From a virus: a stretch of 64,000 bases of DNA. Positions within the stretch are counted from its first letter, which is position 1. Every line of letters starts with the position of its first letter. Below are positions 48,448 to 58,198 of the stretch, piece after piece. The position numbers were made by a program, and so were the translations under genes. The notes under the pieces were generated by a model. The model was given only the letters and a program-made list of their open reading frames with translations, searched no databases and was not told the DNA's origin. Location of the stretch: IMG/VR virus record IMGVR_UViG_3300045541_000131, positions 74,653 through 138,652 of that record; one strand, written 5' to 3'.

Positions 48448-49535
48448 CTGTAAATAAAAGGATCCCGTTTTCTTAATTCAGCTAGTCGTTCTTGCAGTCT
48501 GCGTTGAAAGTCGGCTTCTTCTTCATCAAACTCACTGTCAAAGTTTCTATATAACTTCAGAATGTTGTTGATGCGAGATTTTAATTCTGAGTTGAATTGT
48601 GTTGCATCAATGGCGGCAATAATATCTATGTATTCTTTGCTGGCAAAGCAATAATGGCCGCTGACACTAACTGCAACATCGCGATCAGTAACACCATCTT
48701 CAACCCAGCGATACCAGTATCCTTGGGAATAGACTAAATCGGCAAACTTTTCCCAAAGGTCTTTTGGAGCAAATTCCTTCAATAAATCTGTTTGAATTTT
48801 TCCCAGCTGCGGAGCAATATTCAAACTGTCAATGCCTGCTTGTACTCTTAAATTGATATCGTTTTCAGTAAAGTAATCAGCGTTGTGTTCTTTAAATAAA
48901 AATCCAGCGTTATTGATCTGTAACTTTGCTTGACGATTATGTCCAATGTCAAATACTCCGCGTTGATGTGACTTGGTTAAGCTGCCGGTTTGTGTTACAA
49001 AAAATTTAACATTTTTACTGTATTTGGCCAAAAATTCCAGCTGACTGTCAATTCTGCCCAAGCTGCTGTTTAAATCAATACCTGTGTTATCTTCACTGCC
49101 AAACTCAAGCATGATGTCAGGATTAAGGCCCAGTGTAAAATCAATAAGGTCAGTGGCCACAGCCAAAGGATCATCTTTTACTCTACTAACATCGATATGA
49201 ATTAAGTCAAAGCCGTTTTCAATGTCTTCTTGAATTGTTTTTTTACAACGAACAACTGCTTCGTTTAAAGTTAAGTTTCTGTCAGCATCACTAAAATATG
49301 GACCACAATGATCGCGACACAACAATAAATTATCACCGCGATATGATCGCAACTGTTCAGCTAGTTCTTTAGTCGTGCATACATAACCAGAATCAAAATC
49401 TACTTGATTTCTGCTGGCAATAATCATTAGTGGATAATATTTTTCTTTAGTGTAATCGGCTAGGATTGTAATAATCTCGCGACTCATTGGACCAAAGCCC
49501 AATTTAAATTTTTTAATATTGTCTGTGGAACTCAT
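48444..49535 (-). CDS. GatZ/KbaZ-like (tagatose-6-phosphate epimerase/aldolase-like) TIM-barrel protein
   Basis: GPMS, IASRNQVD...GY, RDHCGP, GFDLIHID, EFGSE, KEHNADY, NIAP.LG. Confidence 0.75.
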   Translation of the reverse strand: MSSTDNIKKFKLGFGPMSREIITILADYTKEKYYPLMIIASRNQVDFDSGYVCTTKELAEQLRSYRGDNLLLCRDHCGPYFSDADRNLTLNEAVVRCKKTIQEDIENGFDLIHIDVSRVKDDPLAVATDLIDFTLGLNPDIMLEFGSEDNTGIDLNSSLGRIDSQLEFLAKYSKNVKFFVTQTGSLTKSHQRGVFDIGHNRQAKLQINNAGFLFKEHNADYFTENDINLRVQAGIDSLNIAPQLGKIQTDLLKEFAPKDLWEKFADLVYSQGYWYRWVEDGVTDRDVAVSVSGHYCFASKEYIDIIAAIDATQFNSELKSRINNILKLYRNFDSEFDEEEADFQRRLQERLAELRKRDPFIYR

Positions 49536-50235
49536 CGAATAATTCTCCTGGTGCCGTAATGCCAGTATAAATCTTAAACTGTGACAAAAATTGTTGCTTG
49601 TAAAATTCTATTCCAGACAAGTATTTAATGCCCGCTGTCTTACATTGTTCGGCTAAAGTATTATCTTTAATGGCCAAATCAATGACCAATTTTACACCTT
49701 GGGGCAAAAGTTCGTAAGGACTGTCAGTGCTGGCTGTTCCAAGTGCAGTAGCATTGATAATAACGTCCGTTGGCAAATCTTTATTTGCCCAGGTTCCTAA
49801 TTTTCTAGCTGCGATGTTAATTTTGCCATAATTTTCTTCTTCTAGAAATTTTATAAACATACTGGCCATTGCACCCGAACCTAATATAGTAATACGGTCA
49901 ACATCATGAATTTGTTTGCAGGCCCATTCAACACCAGCTAAATCAGCATTATGGCCTATTAGTTTTTTATCGTCGACAACGACAGTGTTACAACTTTGAT
50001 ATATGTCGACATATCCTGTTCTGTTATCTAACATGCCAAGTATTTCTTTTTTATAAGGCATACTGATACTAATGCCCGAAACACCTTCCTCAAGGGCATA
50101 AACAATACTTTGTCCTAAATTCTCAGTGCCGCGAGATTCATATACTGCATCAATGTTGTAGTGTTCAAAAAATTTATTGTAAAAATACTGACCGGTTTTA
50201 CCGGGATACTGACTTAGACTTATAAATTTTTTCAT
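49513..50235 (-). CDS. Shikimate dehydrogenase-like oxidoreductase
   Basis: G.SISMPYK, NT........HN.D..G, LGSGAMA, INAT.LG, Q...QF..YTG. Confidence 0.82.
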   Translation of the reverse strand: MKKFISLSQYPGKTGQYFYNKFFEHYNIDAVYESRGTENLGQSIVYALEEGVSGISISMPYKKEILGMLDNRTGYVDIYQSCNTVVVDDKKLIGHNADLAGVEWACKQIHDVDRITILGSGAMASMFIKFLEEENYGKINIAARKLGTWANKDLPTDVIINATALGTASTDSPYELLPQGVKLVIDLAIKDNTLAEQCKTAGIKYLSGIEFYKQQFLSQFKIYTGITAPGELFDEFHRQY

Positions 50236-50564
50236 TGCTTATATGCTTCTATTTTAACAATCTTACCTTCACTATTAAAGGTAACAATATCTACTACCTT
50301 CAATGCGTTACCGTCAACTTCAACAAGAATTTTTGACATAGATGTTGTGCCATAAACTGCGATTAGACTGGGAGTTACTTGTATATTTCCTACAGAGTCA
50401 AATAGTTTTTGATTAAATTCTAAAACTAAGCTGCGACCAGTATAATTTACATCCCAGTCAATAAGTTGGATATTTTCGTCGAACATTCTTTTTAGTTCGG
50501 CAGAATCTTTGTTGCTAAACGCACGAAAATAATCCCTGGTTAAGTTTTCAACTATAGTTTGCAT
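50232..50564 (-). CDS. SnoaL/NTF2-like protein
   Basis: YF.AFSNKD...L..MF...I.L.DW...VVD...F...GKI..I.AY. Confidence 0.8.
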   Translation of the reverse strand: MQTIVENLTRDYFRAFSNKDSAELKRMFDENIQLIDWDVNYTGRSLVLEFNQKLFDSVGNIQVTPSLIAVYGTTSMSKILVEVDGNALKVVDIVTFNSEGKIVKIEAYKQ

Positions 50565-52089
50565 TTTCTAATTCCTGAAAAAGTTTAATACCTAAATACC
50601 ATAAAAACAAATCAAAAGGTGCTGTATGTAACGGGCTCATGTTCCAAAATATAATTGGAACTAATGTTTGCACTTTTTTATAGTCTAATCCTTGTTCAGT
50701 GACAAACTCTTTTAATTGTTTTTGATAAACATCCGAATGATTGATACTAGGCACACCGATAGTTACAGAATCACCGTTAATCTCAAAAGTAAAATTGTGT
50801 TTTTTAATATCAGAATAATTAATTATAAATCCGCCTAGAATTTTACCAAGATCATAGTAAATGTCTCCGTATTCAACTACCCTGGCAAACTCATGTCTCC
50901 AATCAATGGCTTTGAATGATAGGTTGTCGTCAATGATAACATTGTCAAATTGCAAGTCACCGTGTATAAATCCAGCAGCATAACTTGTTGATAACCAGTC
51001 CCAGTCAATTTTATCTAAATAATATTTGTAGTCATTGACTTTTAATCCATTAACATATTCAACGGTTGAAAGTCCAGGATATTTTTCCAAGAATTTATTA
51101 ATTCGATTTAAAGTTTTTGTCTTGTAAAAATCATTGCAAGCCTCTTGCAAATCCATATCAACGGGTTGCCAGAGATTTGTTTTTAACCAATCAAGAAATT
51201 TTGGAAATATAGAAGGATCGTCAAAATTATATAAAGTCTGTCCTGGATGGAAATCATAGGCCATATAATTGCCCACATACTGGCAATTTGCAGGAAAAAC
51301 ATCAAGGTTGGCTTGAAATTTTTCATATTTCTTTTTAGATGTCGAAGCATCTAGCCACCACTTAACTACACGATTATTGCAAATATAAGTTACTTCGTCC
51401 GTTTTACTAAAATCAAACTTTTGACTTTTACTCAATGCTGTGGTATATTGATCCGCACTGCCAAAGTCGAGCCACGTATCTAATGTAGCAATGTCGCTAC
51501 CTCGACGAATGATTGGTATAAACTCTGTGCCGTTATGTGCAGTCAAATCATCAAAAAATCGTTGCCAATTATGAATATACATGAGGCCAGTCCATGCAGC
51601 CCAATTACTAGATTGACGTTGTTTAAAAGTAATATCCTCTATTGTATTGTCCTCGGCGATTTTAAACATTGTATAAAGAGCAGATATATCTTCGGGAACA
51701 TGCTTTACAAAATAACAGTCGCGATCCTGCACTTTATCTAAAACAGCTTGATCAAAATATGTATCACAAGTCACATACCAAAATGGTTTATTAACGGCAG
51801 ATTTACACTGTAATACACTATAACCAGTGCCGGATTTAGGACTTGTCCAATCATCAATCTCAATAAATTCTATATGTCTATCACTATAGGCGATTTGACA
51901 AAAGTCTTTAACTTGTTGCGCTAGATATCCTACTGGTATAATGAAATGAGTATCTTTGGGAAACTGCTCGATTATATGACTCAGCACCGGTTTATTAAGA
52001 TAAGGCAACAAAGCCTTATTAAGGTTTTTAGTATAGTTTCCCATTCTACTGCCTAAACCAGCAGTAGGGATAATTACAGTATTATTCAT
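50548..52089 (-). CDS. Bifunctional NTP-transferase (LicC/GlmU-like) + APH/choline-kinase-like phosphotransferase
   Basis: IPTAGLGSRM...NKALL; C-terminal HGDLQFDN, IDWR, GD.YYDL.K. Confidence 0.85.
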   Translation of the reverse strand: MNNTVIIPTAGLGSRMGNYTKNLNKALLPYLNKPVLSHIIEQFPKDTHFIIPVGYLAQQVKDFCQIAYSDRHIEFIEIDDWTSPKSGTGYSVLQCKSAVNKPFWYVTCDTYFDQAVLDKVQDRDCYFVKHVPEDISALYTMFKIAEDNTIEDITFKQRQSSNWAAWTGLMYIHNWQRFFDDLTAHNGTEFIPIIRRGSDIATLDTWLDFGSADQYTTALSKSQKFDFSKTDEVTYICNNRVVKWWLDASTSKKKYEKFQANLDVFPANCQYVGNYMAYDFHPGQTLYNFDDPSIFPKFLDWLKTNLWQPVDMDLQEACNDFYKTKTLNRINKFLEKYPGLSTVEYVNGLKVNDYKYYLDKIDWDWLSTSYAAGFIHGDLQFDNVIIDDNLSFKAIDWRHEFARVVEYGDIYYDLGKILGGFIINYSDIKKHNFTFEINGDSVTIGVPSINHSDVYQKQLKEFVTEQGLDYKKVQTLVPIIFWNMSPLHTAPFDLFLWYLGIKLFQELENANYS

Positions 52090-52522
52090 GCTCATGCGCG
52101 ATTTTGCCATGCTTACGACCCTTGTCGTCTTGTAATCTAATAACATCGTCTAGTTCAATAGTGCTGGCTTCGATAAAAGTCAAGTCCGTAGTAGCTACTA
52201 CACGATGCACGTATCCAGGTTTAACGTCAAAAGCTACACCTTCAAACAAATCAATAACATCAAATGTGTGTTCATATTTTAGAACTTCTTCATCGGTCAT
52301 GCCTTTTTCAAGAAATCCATCAATATCAATGATTTCTTTACTGCGATAAAGCTTGCCTGTGCCACTTAATACATACGTGGTTTCCATTTTTTCTCTATGC
52401 ACTTGCAAACTAGTTCTGTTGCCGGCTTTAAATAAAATCTTCTTAAGAGCATAAGGGGTTCTAACTCCGTCGGCAATCCAAAGCTCGTGCCCCCAATGTT
52501 TATTAACAAGTTTTAAATCCAT
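52082..52522 (-). CDS. Cupin (mannose-6-phosphate isomerase type II C-terminal-like)
   Basis: K.WG.E, RTSLQ.H..K.ET, PG.VHR, EAST.ELDDV.RL.DD.GR. Confidence 0.82.
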   Translation of the reverse strand: MDLKLVNKHWGHELWIADGVRTPYALKKILFKAGNRTSLQVHREKMETTYVLSGTGKLYRSKEIIDIDGFLEKGMTDEEVLKYEHTFDVIDLFEGVAFDVKPGYVHRVVATTDLTFIEASTIELDDVIRLQDDKGRKHGKIAHEHE

Positions 52523-53328
52523 TTATTTTCCTTGAGTTTATCTAATACTATCTCAAACGCCTTTACATGTCCCAAATGACTGGTATGCCAGCTGGGCAAA
52601 TCATCGGGGTAATCTAAGCTTAGTTGACCCCAATCAACATTAGCTAAGTTTTCCTCATTGATAAATTTTTTGTAATATGCGGGCTCATGAGTTAATATTA
52701 GATGCTTAACGTTCGCTCTTTTTAATAACTCATGTGCTAGTGTTAACACTCCAATACTATATATCCTATTAATTCGTGGTTCATGCACTATAGTGGCAAA
52801 GTCATATAATGCCTTTATCTTTTTTTTGGGTTCCGTGTCAAATCGCTTATAATATGCAGACTCTACGCCAGTTGACCCAAATTTTTCCCAATAGTCAATG
52901 ACCCCTACATAATTTTCAGTATACATGGCGCCAGTATAGTCGGGATCATTGGCCATTGGATTATTTAATACTATCGGAGTTCCATTAACAATATATCCGT
53001 TATCAAAGTAAGGAGGATATTGATGATAATTTACATCAGTGTTTTCTAGTTCCCCGTGAGGAAAATCATAATCTAAAGGAAACCACTCAACTCTATCATA
53101 GCTAGTATTAGATACAATGACTAGATCGTTGGTATTTGCTAATCTTTCAGCAGCATATTTTGCCTGCAGATATATGCTAAAATTTGTGCTAGAACCTTTA
53201 GCTAAATTGATTAAATCACAACCAAGATGATTTCGTAATAGACTTCCATACGGCTCCGTTTCTAAGTTATGGCAACCGATGCCAATGCTAAAGCTGTCGC
53301 CGCAAACTATTACTCTTTTAAATTCCAT
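52513..53328 (-). CDS. SGNH-like protein
   Basis: CGDSFS.G, NLA.GS.TN..I..Q, R.E, WHTS..GH. Confidence 0.72.
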   Translation of the reverse strand: MEFKRVIVCGDSFSIGIGCHNLETEPYGSLLRNHLGCDLINLAKGSSTNFSIYLQAKYAAERLANTNDLVIVSNTSYDRVEWFPLDYDFPHGELENTDVNYHQYPPYFDNGYIVNGTPIVLNNPMANDPDYTGAMYTENYVGVIDYWEKFGSTGVESAYYKRFDTEPKKKIKALYDFATIVHEPRINRIYSIGVLTLAHELLKRANVKHLILTHEPAYYKKFINEENLANVDWGQLSLDYPDDLPSWHTSHLGHVKAFEIVLDKLKENKWI

Positions 53329-54110
53329 TTTTTAATCCACCATTCATGTTGTTTTTTCTGAAGTTCTACAAAAGCATACTGTTCTTTTAATCGACCATTT
53401 TCAAACATATCTCTTGTATTATCGCGCAATGCAGCAAATGAAAATAATTCGCCTAATCGGCCGTTAACTTGAATGTTATTTTCAGTCACAAATCTTGCCA
53501 TTATGGAATGTATATCGTAGTTACGATATAAAGTATCTTCATAATGATACAGAAGAAAATCGTATATCTGAATAAATTTTTCCATGGTAGACATATTAGC
53601 CATTAACATAACATCTCCCATGGTCGGATAACCACGCCAGTCGCTAGTGCCGGGAACTATAGGTGCTAATGCGTAAAGAGTGTTGTCTTGTGGAATTAAA
53701 TTTTCATATTCTTCCCACGGAGCATGAGCATGAACATATATGTCCGGTCTTAGGATAAGAACTTTGCTATAGTTATTGACTTTATGATAAAGCTTTATTT
53801 GTTGGAATACCGATTTCCAACGCCAAGTCATATTAAGCATAGCATGTCTTGCAATGCCATGATATTTTTTAATTTGATCGGTTGAAAATTTTCTACTGGT
53901 ATCTGTGTCTAAAGTAACTGATACAAATTTAATTCCACAATTCTTTACTTCATGATCAATGATTTCGCTGGCAGTTCCTATTGTGTCAAAAGACTGCGGT
54001 GCAACGATTTCATTATCCACGTGCAAAAAATAATCACCCTTAAACTGCCAACTTGAAGCAGCATTGGTCATTTCACGAAGCACACCAGAAACTATTACAG
54101 CACTAGTCAT
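53310..54110 (-). CDS. SGxxR/RxD family protein (putative glycosyltransferase-like)
   Basis: VSGVLR, LRPD, GDVM. Confidence 0.55.
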   Translation of the reverse strand: MTSAVIVSGVLREMTNAASSWQFKGDYFLHVDNEIVAPQSFDTIGTASEIIDHEVKNCGIKFVSVTLDTDTSRKFSTDQIKKYHGIARHAMLNMTWRWKSVFQQIKLYHKVNNYSKVLILRPDIYVHAHAPWEEYENLIPQDNTLYALAPIVPGTSDWRGYPTMGDVMLMANMSTMEKFIQIYDFLLYHYEDTLYRNYDIHSIMARFVTENNIQVNGRLGELFSFAALRDNTRDMFENGRLKEQYAFVELQKKQHEWWIKKWNLKE

Positions 54111-54727
54111 CGTGTTATAAACTCATACATTTTATCTGCGGCTGCTCTGTGCCCTGCTGGATTGAAATGCCAATCTCCGTGCGGAGGATTAAAGTCAGGA
54201 TCTATCCAATATTCTTTATGTTGATCTAACCAGTCTTTCCAGTTTTGATATCCATCCACTGTAATTAAATTTTTAACTTCATTGACATTGGGTGTGTGAT
54301 CAACTATCCAAGTATACACTCGATGAAATCCAAAATGCTGTAATGTTGCAATTTTTCTGCGCCACCGGCCTTCGTTATGATTAAAGATATAGTTCCACGA
54401 TTGCATTTTATGTGCCAATTCCGTTTGACTATCTCGCTGAACTAATTCTTCTATAGTTACTCTGGCAAAGAAACTAGGGTTGATAACAATATAATCGTCT
54501 TTGTGCCATTTTAAAATATCTTCATCAATTCTGTCATTTATATAGTTCCACCCTATGCCGCTAAGGCTTTTTGTTTTACATTCTACACCTAAGCGTCTAG
54601 CTAAATGTGTGCCCCAAAAGTCATAGTCATGAAAATTTCTGCTACCATCATTATGAAAATCTGCTCCGCCTGGCATTATACCAAAAGGCTCACTAAAGCT
54701 ACAACCATAAACCCATAGTGTTGTCAT
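54107..54727 (-). CDS. SGNH-like protein
   Basis: YGCSFS, SG.GW, DWHFN..GH...A. Confidence 0.72.
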   Translation of the reverse strand: MTTLWVYGCSFSEPFGIMPGGADFHNDGSRNFHDYDFWGTHLARRLGVECKTKSLSGIGWNYINDRIDEDILKWHKDDYIVINPSFFARVTIEELVQRDSQTELAHKMQSWNYIFNHNEGRWRRKIATLQHFGFHRVYTWIVDHTPNVNEVKNLITVDGYQNWKDWLDQHKEYWIDPDFNPPHGDWHFNPAGHRAAADKMYEFITR

Positions 54728-55575
54728 AATTTAGATTTTATTACCTCAGTTAAATAATCTCCCCACGCAGCATGGCCGTCAGAAAGAGGATGCAAATACT
54801 TACCTAACTTAAAATTGTTATCAGCTATAAAGCCATACATATTGTCGTTGTAGTGCAGAACATTGGGATGACTTGTATGCCATTCTAACTCCCTTGGAAA
54901 CTCAGCAAGAATATCACATTGTGTTTGATCCTGGCCTGCTGCCCACCATGGTGGTAATGCGTTGAAAAACAAATATGGAACTTGTAGGTTTTCTAACAAG
55001 TTACTGAGCAAGTATGTGCATTGAAAATAATCAAACACACCCGAATAATCATTATAGACATAGGCTGTGTGAAATTTTTGAAAATCATCCAGACGAGCTA
55101 AATCTTCTTCTGTGGTAAAAATTCTTCTATCATAAGTTGTGCTGAATTGTTGTGTGGGATTGAATACTTGCCAGGCAGCACCGCCGGGTCGTTCAATATA
55201 CAATTCGTTGCGAGCACTAACTGTCCATCCGATAACTACAAAAGTTTTTCTTAATTGTTCTATATCTGTTTCCCTGAGATACTTTATAGTTGTTCTAAGT
55301 ATGCGACGATTGGATGCCGCGCCTAATGCATGATTTATTAAATTAGGGACGCTGAGATTTTTTTGTAATTTTCCTGCCCAATTGAATAGATTATAATAAT
55401 CATCAAATCGACCAACAACATAACCTCGGTTGTCGATAATATTCCAATTAAAAGGATCATCGGGATTTTCAATGGCCATGCCTAACCCGTGAATATAGTT
55501 AAAATATTCCGGAGACTGTTCTAGTTCATTGCCTGCTGTCCAACTACAACCATTGACATATAATGTATCTATCAT
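54724..55575 (-). CDS. SGNH-like protein (DUF6071-like)
   Basis: YVNGCSWT.G.EL, N.A.GA.SN.RI.RTT, IGWT...R.E, HP...GH..W. Confidence 0.75.
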   Translation of the reverse strand: MIDTLYVNGCSWTAGNELEQSPEYFNYIHGLGMAIENPDDPFNWNIIDNRGYVVGRFDDYYNLFNWAGKLQKNLSVPNLINHALGAASNRRILRTTIKYLRETDIEQLRKTFVVIGWTVSARNELYIERPGGAAWQVFNPTQQFSTTYDRRIFTTEEDLARLDDFQKFHTAYVYNDYSGVFDYFQCTYLLSNLLENLQVPYLFFNALPPWWAAGQDQTQCDILAEFPRELEWHTSHPNVLHYNDNMYGFIADNNFKLGKYLHPLSDGHAAWGDYLTEVIKSKL

Positions 55576-56516
55576 ATGATTTTATTTTCTCTCATATAAC
55601 GAACTAATTCATAAGCCCATGCTTCGTGACTTTCGGGGCCAGGGTGCCATCCGCAAAATACATCTTTAACTCCACTGTCAGGGCTTTCGATATAACTCTT
55701 AAACGTATTTTGCGGTTTATCTTTTTTGTAAAACCTAACGGGATCAACAGTATCCCATAAGGCGGTATAATCTATCATTCTAACATCTCTGGCTGTAGGA
55801 TTATTTGTTTGTTGATATTGATAACCATGCAGTTTTGATTTTAGGTTTTCTAGTTCTTTTCGTATATCCAGATCATACCATTGCCGAACATTGGCTGCAG
55901 GGGTTTGATAAAAACTATTAAAACACATCCATTTAATATTGTATGCTTGACAAAAATTTTGTAACTGCACTACATTAAAAATAAATCGAGGAATATATTC
56001 TTCGGGATGCCATAGATAGGGAACATATAGTTCCCAGAACTTTTCCTGCTGCACAGAGTCAAAATGTCTAACTTGTGGCCATAGTCTGAAGTTCATGCTG
56101 ATCTTTTCATCTTTATACCAAAAGCTATTACGTTCAGGACTGCTCCATCCTACAATTACTAACAAATTATCAGTAGGGCGATTCTTAGCAATATATTCAT
56201 TGGTGATAAATTCAATTGTTCTACGTAGTATACTGCCATTGTCGTCGGCTGGCCAACTTAGATTAATGACGTTGGCATTTAGAAGTTTGGACAAATGCGT
56301 AGAAAATATTTTGGGACGGCGATAAGCGTCGTTGGCTTCTTCAAAATCATATACGCCTGGATGTACGCCTTCTGCATGTTTCTTAGTTATTTCAGGGTCA
56401 ACTATTTCACTGCCAAACACCCAGCTATCGCCGTCGCAAATAATTTCCAACGGCGATGATTTTTTACTAGATTCGATTGTAACAGAATCTAATAGGCTCT
56501 TAGATATACCATTCAA
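55572..56516 (-). CDS. SGNH-like protein (DUF6071-like)
   Basis: DGDSW.FG.E, N..I.RRT, VGWSSPER, HP..ESH..WA. Confidence 0.75.
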   Translation of the reverse strand: MNGISKSLLDSVTIESSKKSSPLEIICDGDSWVFGSEIVDPEITKKHAEGVHPGVYDFEEANDAYRRPKIFSTHLSKLLNANVINLSWPADDNGSILRRTIEFITNEYIAKNRPTDNLLVIVGWSSPERNSFWYKDEKISMNFRLWPQVRHFDSVQQEKFWELYVPYLWHPEEYIPRFIFNVVQLQNFCQAYNIKWMCFNSFYQTPAANVRQWYDLDIRKELENLKSKLHGYQYQQTNNPTARDVRMIDYTALWDTVDPVRFYKKDKPQNTFKSYIESPDSGVKDVFCGWHPGPESHEAWAYELVRYMRENKII

Positions 56517-57348
56517 AATATTTTTTCCTTATTTCCATGTAATCATCTAGGCCATCTAGGCCAGCGTCAACTGCTGTGCTTCTAACTACTGCATATTCAA
56601 ATCCTCGAGAACCGTCGGGGTGTATACTAAGATTTGTTAGATGTTCATAAAGCATACAGCCGGGGCCATACCACATTGTGGGATCAGTATTTACCGATGA
56701 TTCATTTTTTGCTAATGCATCAGGATTATGAAGTATTTTATAAGTGTCGTAAATATCTCCTACAAGATCCATAGTCTTGCTGTCGCCATAAAACATAACA
56801 TCATCAAAATTATTGTAATTAAACTCGCTAGGAAACTTTGATATCGGCGTCACCGTGTAACAAACTCCAGGCCATAGTTTAGACAAAGGAAATTTCATTA
56901 CATTAGGATACACAGTATCTAATCTTGCCTTTACAACCATATCATATTCAAATTGATTGTTTAGTTCATGTTCTCGCTTGAGGATTAAACTTCTTGCAAA
57001 ACTATAGAACATAGGATCCCAAGCACGAGGTAATTTGTCTCTATTAAACTTTTCGATTTCGTGTGCCACTGGGTTAAATGCTGCAACTAGATCAGCATTG
57101 TCATTATGCTCGACTTCTTCAAATTCATGATGATGGGTTCTAGGTTTACGCCAAGTGTTAATATTCCAAGTATGCATAAAGTAATCAACTTGTATATATT
57201 GGCTAGTATTAGGGTGGCGTATTCCTTTAAAATCAAAAAACTGTTTAATATTTTTTTCAGCAGTTCGCCAATGGCGCGGTTGGCCACTAAAGCAAACTGC
57301 TATTCGATAAGGATCTTTAGGTTCTGGTATATCACTAAATGACGTCAT
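56500..57348 (-). CDS. SGQPR/RxD family protein (putative glycosyltransferase-like)
   Basis: IAVCFSGQPR, DYF.HTW, YD.VV..R.D, DD..FYG. Confidence 0.62.
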   Translation of the reverse strand: MTSFSDIPEPKDPYRIAVCFSGQPRHWRTAEKNIKQFFDFKGIRHPNTSQYIQVDYFMHTWNINTWRKPRTHHHEFEEVEHNDNADLVAAFNPVAHEIEKFNRDKLPRAWDPMFYSFARSLILKREHELNNQFEYDMVVKARLDTVYPNVMKFPLSKLWPGVCYTVTPISKFPSEFNYNNFDDVMFYGDSKTMDLVGDIYDTYKILHNPDALAKNESSVNTDPTMWYGPGCMLYEHLTNLSIHPDGSRGFEYAVVRSTAVDAGLDGLDDYMEIRKKYFEWYI

Positions 57349-58198
57349 TTGATTGTAACTCCCCGTCTAGTCCGGCTTTTACTCTTTGTTCGAGATAATC
57401 ATCTTGTCTACATAGTTTAGGATCGAATGTCAATGGATACACACTCATCCTTAACATTTTGGCATAAAAATACAAAACATTTTCGGTTTTAATTTGACTA
57501 CCATTAAAACTTCTAGTTCCAATGATTGGAATCCATCGATAAAAATCACAAGTTCTATCAAATGTTACACTGTCAGCATACCAAAATGCATCACCTAATC
57601 TATGATATGGAAATTGATCATGATCTTTTGCTATGTGGCAAGCATAAAATGTATTATATCTTGGTCGCCTTGCATCAGTATTTTCGTGGCTGAAAAACCA
57701 GTTAGTTTGATGATCGTTTAGTTGTAAGTCGTAACGAATTCTAATGCACATATCATAACGAAAATCGTTATCAAACTCATATTTCTTCTTTAATGCTGCT
57801 GATCGCATAACAGCATAAAACTGACTGCCAGCGAATTCAATGCTGGCTGAGCCATGTTCATTAATATTTTTTAGTGCGTTAAAATATAGATCGAGATTTT
57901 TTTGTTTGCTAATGGCTTGATTCTCAAAAAGAAAACTCTTAGGTTTATAAGCTTGTATTATTTCTGCCTTTTCTTCTTCAGACAGCATTTCAGCTGTAAC
58001 TCGAAGAAAGTCGGGTTTATTTTCTTCGCCAGGTTTAGCTAATAATGCGTGTGGCAGCGTGTTAAAATCCCATGCATGGCAAAACACATCAACTTCAGCA
58101 CCAAAGTGAGATTTTAATCGGTCAATGAATTTTATATGACCTTCTTGACATTTGCGCCAGGTGCGTGGCTGGCCGCTGTAACATAGTGCTATTTTCAT
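57335..58198 (-). CDS. SGQPR/RxD family protein (putative glycosyltransferase-like)
   Basis: IALCYSGQPR, DVF.HAW, YD...R.RYD, GD.FWY, E..L. Confidence 0.62.
   Translation of the reverse strand: MKIALCYSGQPRTWRKCQEGHIKFIDRLKSHFGAEVDVFCHAWDFNTLPHALLAKPGEENKPDFLRVTAEMLSEEEKAEIIQAYKPKSFLFENQAISKQKNLDLYFNALKNINEHGSASIEFAGSQFYAVMRSAALKKKYEFDNDFRYDMCIRIRYDLQLNDHQTNWFFSHENTDARRPRYNTFYACHIAKDHDQFPYHRLGDAFWYADSVTFDRTCDFYRWIPIIGTRSFNGSQIKTENVLYFYAKMLRMSVYPLTFDPKLCRQDDYLEQRVKAGLDGELQSNDVI

Noticed and set aside
49513-50235. aroE of aromatic amino acid synthesis
   Set aside because: No other aro genes, substrate motif diverged, sugar-pathway context; gene symbol withheld
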